Source: Camelus ferus (lineage: Eukaryota). From it: DNA of 64,000 nt. Positions 55,731-64,000 of the stretch are shown in pieces (positions within the stretch are counted from its first letter, which is position 1; every line of letters begins with the position of its first letter). The notes under the pieces are model-generated. The model was not told the DNA's origin, did not search any database, and saw only the letters and a list, made by a program, of their open reading frames with translations. The position numbers were made by a program, and so were the translations under genes. The stretch lies in contig NC_045699.1 of NCBI RefSeq assembly GCF_009834535.1, positions 9,858,001-9,922,000 of the forward strand, read 5' to 3'.

Positions 55731-58700
55731 CACACTTATGCTTTCTTTGGCTTATGGTGTATATTGGGGCATTTGGGATCAGGAAGAGACTGTTACAAGA
55801 TCTGTCCCCTCCAGAGGTGGGGAGAGGAGGAGATATGTGTTTGGTCATGTCCCTTGGGCTGTGGGCTGATGGAGAGGGTGGTGGCAAACACTGACACAGT
55901 TAAACCTTTCTGCCTTTTCTTCCAGGAGATAGCTCTTGGCAGGAAGCTCTAAGTGGCTTTTTGGTACAGGAGCGATATGTACGCTTAGAGTCCCCCATGT
56001 GCCATGTACCTGCACATCCCTCTTAAGTAGTTCTAGGTACCCCTTCTGTGATGGAGAGGGTCAGGTGTAGGAAAGTAAGACTCATGTCCTCCCAAGATAG
56101 CTCCAGTCATCCTTAGGATGGGAGTGATGTGAAGATTGACTGGGTGAGGGGTAGACCTCTGGCTCCTTTGACCTTTCCAGGATGTTGAATCTCTGATTCT
56201 AAGGGAGATGATAGCCCCAGACCTGTGCATAGAAGTTGGCTGGAGGAGAAGACTGCACTGGAACCCACCCTCTTCTCTCTTCTATGCCCTGGGCAAGGGG
56301 GTAGGGCCAAGTTAGGTTCTACCTCACAGCATCTCCTGGAATGTCTCTTGAGTCCTTATCTTGTCTCCATGGTATGCCCAGGGTTCTCCACTCAGCTTCC
56401 CAGAAGAGCAATAGCTTTGTGGGGAGGGGACAGTTGGGCCAGGTTGCACTCAACCTTAGGACTCCACCTGCCTTGGATTCACTGCCTAGGCATTTAAACA
56501 CCCTCCCACTGTGGAAGCCCTCGAGGTGCACCATCACCCCACGGGAGTCCATGATGTAGGGACTTGGGCCTCAGGCTCAGATGGCTAGACCGTAACTGCT
56601 CCCTGTCCCTGTGGGGGATACGTGCTCTCCAGCCCCCCTATAGGGATGGGGGGCTTGGAGGCCAAGACGCCCTGCTTTACCCCCCCATGGTGAGTTGAAG
56701 TGTAAATGAATCGGAAACAGATGGAGCATATTTTCTTTGAAATGCAGATGGGTTGGGGGGGACCATGTGTGCCTTGTTTGGGGGAGTCCCAGAGAACAAG
56801 GAGGCTGAGGATGAGGAGAGAGAGCTGACCCCTCCTCCAGACCCACCAAGAGGTAGGGGGAGTGGGGGAGACCTCAGCTGTGTAAACTCCGGTGGCCAGG
56901 GGTAACCACACCCACCCCAGCTCCCAGCTTCCTGTGGGGAGGGGCTGGGGAGGCAAGTGGTCCCTGTGGGCCGAGAGCGCTGAGGTCATCACCCGCCTTT
57001 CCCTCTGCAGAGGGCAAAGAGACCCTCCAGGGCACAGAGCCATCCTGGGTTTGGGGTCACCAGAGCCAAGAGCTCTGGGGGTTAAGAGGTGGGAGGAGAA
57101 GCTGGGGCAGATGTGGGGGAAGAGTCAGACCCTGCTGGTGTGAGGAACTAGCTCCCAGAAGCTGGGACCAGAGCTACGGTGGAAGAAACTAAAGTTAGAC
57201 TGTTGTGGTGCCTTCTGGGCAGTCCTGGGGTTTAGGAATGGACTGAAGAGTCCTCATTCCCGCAGGAAGTCAGCCCGCCCCGCCATACACTACCTGTACT
57301 TTCTCTTCCCAATACTTAGCAAGGCTGTGTAGTAATTGCCCATGAACTCTGGGACCTAGGGATTGGGTCTACTTCCCTCACCCACCGTTCCGGCCCCTGG
57401 CACAGACCAGGTACACAGGAGGAGGGCAGTGTTGAGTAAACCATACATCTTTTTCTCTCCTGCCAGACTGACTGAGTGCTATTGGTGGGCAAGACCAGGT
57501 CCCTAACTCCGGGCACAGTACCTGGCAGGGATTGGGTGCTCAAGAGATGTTGAGGAAGGAACCATTGAGAGAGACAGACCACTGGGAGAGAAGACTCTCT
57601 GGGGTTTGTGGCTTGAGACCCAGCAGCCTCTGTCGTATAACCCTATTTGGCTCGAAGGAATGCTGAGTGATTTGCAGGCTAGACTAAAGGAAGGACTTCC
57701 CTGAATTCAGGGAAGGAGTGCAAAGGATAGACAGCTTCTTCCTTGAAAAGGTCTGGACTAGGAGAGACCGAGGCAGGGCAGTGACCCTGCTTCTGTGGCA
57801 GAGGTCAAAGTTCACCTCTGTCTTCTCCTGGCTTCAGGATTTTTCAGAAGGTAGGAGAGTCCTTTTCTCCCTACGTGGTTGTGAGCGTGTCCCTTGCTCT
57901 CTCTAGGTCTGGGTTTCTTGGACTCTGGCGAAGGCAGTCGACCACATCTCTGAGCCTTTGAGACTGGGCTCTGAGGTTGTTTAGCTGCTGTGGACACCAC
58001 GGACTGTCCGTATTGGTTATTAATGTCTGTTTGAGAACACGGGGTTCAGATCCTAAAAATACCCTGTCTAGCCAGAGCCTCGGAGTTGCTGGTGTGGGCC
58101 AGTGTAGCAGTGGCTGCATCTTGATCAGATGGATACAGAGCCAGGAGAGACTGGGAAAGTGTGGGGAAACTGAGGCACATGCATGGGAGTTGTACAGGAG
58201 ACAGAGCCTTTGTTTTATGTGGAACAAAATAGTGGTGCCAGTTAGTCAAATTATGGCAACATTTAAGGTGATATGTTATCCTATACTGCAGAGAATTTCC
58301 TTCTCAGAGAGTCTGGCCATAATTCTGGTATCAGATATAAAAATCAAGTAGTCAGTAGTAACCGTTTCAAGTCCAGCTTTGCAGTGTTCCAAAATAAGTG
58401 TGTTGCAAAGAAAAAAATCCTGCCCCAGTAGTCTTCCCTCAGCCACTGCCTCCATCCCGACCTCCTAGAGCTCTTCCTTGCAGCCCAGGCCCCAGTGAGG
58501 TTCTTGCACACCTCCTTCTCTAGGCCCCACCTCACTTCTGACCCCCAGGCCTCTGTGTAGCCCTTCTCCCCCAGAAGAGAACTGCACAGTGGTCCCCAAA
58601 AGGTAAGAAGAGCCCAGCCTCTGAGGGCAGATGTTGTTTGACCTTGGCCCTTGAGCTGACCTTACTGGGCCCCTCCGTGAAATCGTGGAATGGGGGGGCT

Positions 58701-60119
58701 GGGCCCTGGCCCAGGCCCGGAGAGAAGGCGGTTTTGGCACCCATCCAGGTCCCTGACGTCAATGACTCCAAATAATGGAATCAATATTGGGGGGGGCAAG
58801 CGTGAACCAGGCCCCAGCGATTAGAAACAGATCAGCACAAACCCGCAGCTGATTCTGATAGAGCTGCCTTGGAGAGCTAGGGTGGGAGGCCTGGAAGGAG
58901 GTGGACCTGGGGAGGGGGGGTGCTTAGGAATGGGGGCGGAGCCACGGGGTGTCCAAAGCGTGAGAGTGCACAAGTGGGCAGGGACTCTGGGGCTGCCTGG
59001 GTTGGAAGGATGGGGTGGGAAGAGGGGGGCTGTCCTGGTCCCTTTCTCTTTTGAGCCTGTGGGGTTCCAAAGCTGGGGAGAGATTGTGAATGGAGACTTC
59101 TGGCAGCCAGTGAGGGATAAAGAGGTGCAAGGGGAGTTCAGAGTTCATCTCTCTGCATCCGAGACCTGGGCGTCGAGGCCACATTGGGTGTCACAGGTCA
59201 TATCAAGGGACCGGGGAGAGTCCTGATGAGACCTAAGGGAGATAGCCTTTTGCTTGGAGGCATTCAGCATTAATCGGAGATGAAGAAATGGGTATTCACC
59301 CTCAGGTTAGGAGTCTGGCCTCCTCCACCAGCCCAAGTCGTCTCAGTCTCCTAGAGGGCAGCAGGTGAGGATGGAGGGGCCCACGAGGTCCACAGGGGGC
59401 TGGCCTGGCGGCAGCTGACAAAAAACAGGAAGAAGGGCTGGGGGAGCGGCTGTAATTACGGGGCATTTATTATTAATCAGATGAAATTGCTGGAAGCAGC
59501 TGGTGTAATGTGCGTCGTGATACAGCCTCGGCATGGCTCCCCCAACACAGGCGCACACGAGTGCACACTTACACACATACCACACACAGCCTGAGTCTTG
59601 TTTGCTTTCACAGTTTTCTTCTCGTGAAGGTTGGATGGCTCAATAAGTGTCTCTGTGTCTGTGCCTGTTGGTGTGTGTCTATGTTTTTTCAGGGGAACCT
59701 GTCCCCTCCTCTCCCTCTATTGTCTCCTTTTCCCACAGTCCCTGTGATTCTTTGGCCCAGTGTGTCTGCCTCTGTCTTCCTCTCTGTCTCCCTCTCTTTG
59801 TCCTTTCTTTTGGTGTGTCTGTATCTGTTACTACCAGCCAGACTGTCTCTAACACCTTGTTTTAGTTTCTGGCCATATCTCCCTGGTTGGTGGTACCTCT
59901 GCCTCTGTGAGCAGAGTTGGATGTCATGGAGTCCTTTTCTCATGAGTATGTGTTTAGGCCCCTGATCATGCCTTTGGCAGACATATCTGGGACCTGATTT
60001 TTTCCAGGAGAGGGGCAGTTGGACCCTGAGATCTTCCCAGTTCTTGTAGAAGTCCAAGGCTCTGTTAACTGACTGGAGTCCTAGAAGCAACAGTGACTTT
60101 CAAAATAGCCCTGAGTACA

Positions 60120-60600
60120 ATACCAGCTTTCTTGCCAACTACCAGTCCTGTGACTTTGGGCAGGGTGCTTTTGCTCTCTGAGCCTCAGTTTCCTCATCTG
60201 TAAAATGGAAGCAGGATTACCTCCAAAGATTGTTTTGATGATTCTGTGCAAAACTGTATGTTAAGTACTTATCATGGTATCTGGCTTATCAAGGACCCTG
60301 AATAAATGTTAGCTGTTATTATTATTATTGAGAAAGGCACTGTGCTGGTGGGAGAGAGAGCTGCAGAGGCAAGCTGGTATTGCAGAAGGGCTTTGGAACT
60401 AGATTTGCACTCAAATCTATGCTCTGGAACTGATTAGCTGTGTGGTCTTGGGCAAATTAACCTCCCTGAATCTTGGGTTTTTCAACTGTCAAATGGGAAT
60501 AATAATAGGACCTACCTCATAGAGAAGTCATGAAGATTAAATGAGATAATGGATATAAAGTGCCTAACACAGTTCCTGGCACATAACAGATGCTCAATAG
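60120..60600 (+). mobile_element. Two MIR SINEs (~60120-60330 and ~60410-60600)
   Basis: CTCTGAGCCTCAGTTTCCTCATCTGTAAAATGG and CCTACCTCATAGAGAAGTCATGAAGATTAAATGAGATAAT...CCTGGCACATAACAGATGCTCAATA. Confidence 0.85.
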
Positions 60601-60987
60601 ATCATAGTGGTGATGAGGAGAAGATGGCTTGATGGTGGCCATGTGTCTCTGTGTGAGTATGCGTGTGAGAATGTGTGTGCTATGGAGGTGCTTGTGTCTG
60701 TAGACTGCTTATATGGGGATTTTGGATTGTCTGTGGGTGTGTGTCTGTGTGTGGTGTCAAGCCATTGGTTTCTTGTCTCCCTCTGTCCTTGTGGTTCAGA
60801 ACCTAAAGTCCACAAAGCGGGCTGCAGGAAGTCAGGACCTCTCCCAACTTCTCTTCTAGACACTGATCTGCTGCCTGCCTCAGTCTCCCCTTCACACAAT
60901 GGGGTTGTGAGTATGAAATGAGATCTGAGTTGGACTAAGGTCTATGGCTCCTCTGTGGCCTCTGATTTGTGCCCTTTGCCCTTCTAG

Positions 60988-61101
60988 AATCCAGTCTTGT
61001 CACATCCTCCCGCCCCCTTGGTTTTGGAAGTCTCAGGAAGAGTTTGGTCCGGAGGAGGAGGAGGACATTGATGTGCTCGGTGTGCAGCCAGTGGTGAAGA
61101 G
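60988..61101 (+). other. CNTFR: CNTFR non-coding exon 2 (114 nt); CDS begins in the next exon, beyond the window
   Basis: CTTCTAG|AATCCAGTCTTGTCAC...CCCCTTGGTTTTGGAAGTC...GGAGGAGGAGGAGGACATTGATGTGC...CCAGTGGTGAAGAG|GTATGT matches the recalled human 5' UTR that directly precedes the ATG. Confidence 0.88.
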
Positions 61102-63559
61102 GTATGTGCTGGGGACCCAGGGGAGGCAGGCCAGTTTCGGGGCATCAGGCAGGTGCGGTGGGGCTGTAGATCTGGGAATGAGTGAAGGAGGGCCTGAGAC
61201 CCCTCCCTTCTCTTCCCTCATCCTTCCTCCTGAGGCTTTTCATGCCCTCATGACAGGCTTGTCTTTACAGGGAAGAGACTTACCCACAGTCACACAGGTG
61301 GGTCAGAAAACTGGGTTCTGCACTGAGGGGGCTGAATCCAGGATGTGGGAGTATGTTTCTGTCTCATTGTCAGGCTCCCTCTCTGCCCCCAAAGCATCTC
61401 TCTGGCTTGACTCGGCGGGGAGCAGCTGGGCTTGGAGGAGATGGGAAGGAGGGTCGAAAAGTCCAAAATATTCTGGGGCCAGCCGCGGGGCTGGGCCTGA
61501 CTCTCTCTGCCTTTCATTCATGCTAGGCAAAGCCCCTGGATTGGCAGCCCGGGGGTGGGGGTGTCCAAGGAATCGAGGCGCTGGAGCGGAACGGAAGGGC
61601 CTATTGTCCAAAACCCGCCAGAGGCCCACAAAGGCCGGCCGGGCTTTTCATCTCAGCTCCCAAACAGCCTGGCCTTTTTCCCGGCCCGGGAGTAGGGGGG
61701 CTGACCCTTCAGAGCTAGGAATGGGGTGTTGTTGAGGATGGGGTGGGGTATCCCTGGCTGACAACATGGCCATAAAAGGGACTTAAAATGGAGCTGAGGT
61801 TCTGAAGAGGAGGAAGGGAGGCTCCAGAAGGCTATAGAGAGTTAAGCTTCCATCTCACTGTTCCCAGAGGATCTAAGGACTTAGAGTGGGATATCTGACA
61901 GAAGTTCAGATTTGCACAGTATTAGGGGGCACACCTGGGAGGAGTCTGATTGCTGGTTGGGAAAGTGAGCTGCTGAGCTCTGAGGGTCATAATCCTCCCC
62001 CCAAATTGGGGACCTCTTAGGGAGGAGAGACTGGGATCAGAGAAAGCTAGTGGTCAGGCAAGAGAATGGGCTCCCTGCAGCAGGAGGGACTGAGGCCAGA
62101 CAGCAGGAAGGACTTTCTGCCAATGAACAGTAGCTCAGATGCCCTGACCCTGTCCCTGGGGATCCCAGAGGCTCGCAGAGAGCAGGGGAGCTGGAGAACA
62201 CCCCCGAGGGGTTAAGGCTGAGGCAGCTTCTGTGGGGGCAGAGGAGGAGGCCAAGAGGGAGGACTTGGCAGTGCTGTCCACCTCCCCCAGCAGCACCTCC
62301 AGCACCACTTTAAAAACGGCTTTTTAATTTAACAAAGTGGATGAAAAACTGTTTTTGGAAATAAAAGATATCTCTGCTGTCTCCCAGGCTAGCACTCAGC
62401 CCTTGCAGAGAACCTCTCTGAGTTTCTCCCCGCTGTCAGTGGCTCCTTTCCTCTCTCTCTGTCTGTCTCTTTTGTTTGTTTCTGCTCTTTGGCCCCCCAG
62501 CTTCCCCTTGGCCTCCCATCACCACCCCCCTCCATTCAGCCTCTGTGGGAGTGTCATCCTCAGCCTCCTATTTCCGTGTCTCTGCATCTCCTCTCTCTCC
62601 TCTCCCAGTCTCTCTCTTCCGGGGCTTGTCTCTCTCTCCTGATTCGTCTCTGTCTCCCAGCCTGTCTCAATCTCTGTCTCCCTCCCCCCCCCCTCCTTTC
62701 TCCCCCCAACCCCTGCTCTAAATGGGTCTATTTAAAACACCCGACGCTGCCAAGTCAGAAAAGCGTCTCCTGATAAAGCGCATTAGGCAGAGGGAGGGAG
62801 GAGGAGGGCGGAGGGAGGAGGGAGCCGCGGGCGGATGGATTGATCCAAGCCCGTAACCCCATTAATCAAGCATCGTGGATCCCCCTCCCTCCCCCAGCTT
62901 CAGCCCCTTCAGGGCTAAAAAGCCCCTTAAATATTTATCACCCCTCCCCCTTGGGGGGGAGGGGAGGGGTGGGTGGCCCTTGGTGTGAGCATCCCCAGCC
63001 ACCTGGTTTCCCCCCTTGTGCATGTACACATGTGTGCCTGTGCTCCTGTGTGCATGTGTGGGTGTGTACACCTGACAGGATCAGGGCCCAACTGCCATCT
63101 CACTCCCCCACCATCTGAGTGGCCTGGTCCCCTGAGCAGCTCCTGGGGACCTTAAGGGTCTGGCCTGGCTCCTGCTCCTCCTGAAAGGTTGGGCATGCAG
63201 AATAGGGAGAACTTGGAGTCAGTTGGGGGCCCTCATGCCCCCCAAAGTGCAGGGCTGGAGGACTGGGTGGCATTGCACTGTCACTCTCAGAAGGCAGAAG
63301 GGTGAGCTGGGGATTAATGTCCAGATTCCCTCAAATTCCCAGCGCAGGAAGTAACTTGAGGAATAGAGTTGAGGACTCCACACTCCTCAGGTGCACAAAG
63401 GTAACTTGGAAGGCTGGCTGAAGTTTCCCCTTTCTCCTCAGAGGGCAGGGATATGACCCGGGGGTGGGTAGGGGGCTTCCCACTACTCTCAGGCGGAGAA
63501 GACCTCCTGGGCCGGGTGGAGGTCCCCATCGCCTCCAGAGAATAGGAAGGTGGCCACTC

Positions 63560-64000
63560 TCTGGGGGTGATGTGGGACTGACCCCCCCGCCCTCCCCGGC
63601 AGCAGAGGTCAGCCCTGAGTGAGACAGGCGGGGGTTTGTCCGAGTTGGCCTGAGACAACTTCGCGCGGGGCGGGGGAAGGGAGGCCCCAGCCGCCCCTGG
63701 ACGTGAGGAGGGGCCCCGGCCCAGAGCCGGGAGGGTCCCTTCCCCCTCCCCTCCCCCGGCATCAAGTGCCACATCTCCTCCTGACTCAGACAATTAGATT
63801 CAAAGGATGACCTCACTGCCTGCCGTCCCTCACTCGCTCCCTCCGCTAGCTCGGCTCGCTCGCTCGCTCGCGGCGCGCTCCTTCCTCCCCTCCTCCCGGC
63901 CCGCTCGCCGCCTTCGCTCGCTCCCTCGCTCGCGGCTCGGCCCCTCGCCCGCCCGCCGGGACCCTCGGGGGTGGGGGGACGCTCCTGCTCCCCGAGCCGG
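63560..64000. promoter_or_regulatory. Intronic CpG island in CNTFR intron 2 (truncated by the window end)
   Basis: CpG-dense, GC boxes, CTCG tetramer repeats. Confidence 0.6.

Noticed and set aside
57990-58012. Possible REST/NRSE site (CACCACGGACTGTCC)
   Set aside because: Only the central 10 nt match; the TTCAG left half and ACAGCGCC right half are broken.
58768-58778. CArG box
   Set aside because: CC and GG are separated by 7 A/T bases, not 6.
60944-61735. 263-aa ORF spanning CNTFR exon 2
   Set aside because: Starts in the intron, runs through the splice donor, is out of phase with the expected CNTFR CDS and has no domain.
59000-64000. CNTFR-AS1 ortholog exons
   Set aside because: Known in human, but no exon could be supported from this sequence alone.

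Overview
Mammalian genomic DNA from the conserved block syntenic to human 9p13.3, in reverse orientation relative to the human reference. The species is probably a camelid: there is a Vic-1-like tRNA-Ala SINE, and I noticed no Alu, B1/B2, Bov-tA/A2, PRE-1 or SINEC copies. Gene order: non-coding first exon of IL11RA (-), complete GALT (-, 11 exons, 379 aa), SIGMAR1 (+, 4 exons, 223 aa, with a 140-N gap inside exon 2), ARID3C (+, 7 coding exons, 421 aa, plus an upstream leader exon), DCTN3 (+, 7 exons, 186 aa), RPP25L (+, 163 aa), a ~17 kb repeat- and enhancer-rich interval, then the promoter and non-coding 5' exons of CNTFR (+; CDS lies beyond the window). Exon boundaries were read by hand from GT/AG sites and phase. 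I found no unknown protein-coding gene or new multi-gene system; long unannotated ORFs are GC-rich or low-complexity shadows. Best leads: (1) a stop-free in-frame leader in ARID3C encoding (CTG)RLEAV-MEAL, matching the ARID3A N-terminus MKLQAVMETL, suggesting non-AUG initiation; (2) a U12-type last intron in DCTN3; (3) a short CxxC uORF ending 4 nt before the expected CNTFR AUG; (4) a POU/RFX motif cluster, a triple 14-mer and a CTCF/YY1 composite site upstream of CNTFR; (5) a 50-bp perfect Z-DNA palindrome upstream of GALT; (6) an L2 > twin-primed L1 > SINE nested insertion with readable target-site duplications. Comparisons with human are recalled from memory, not from a database search.
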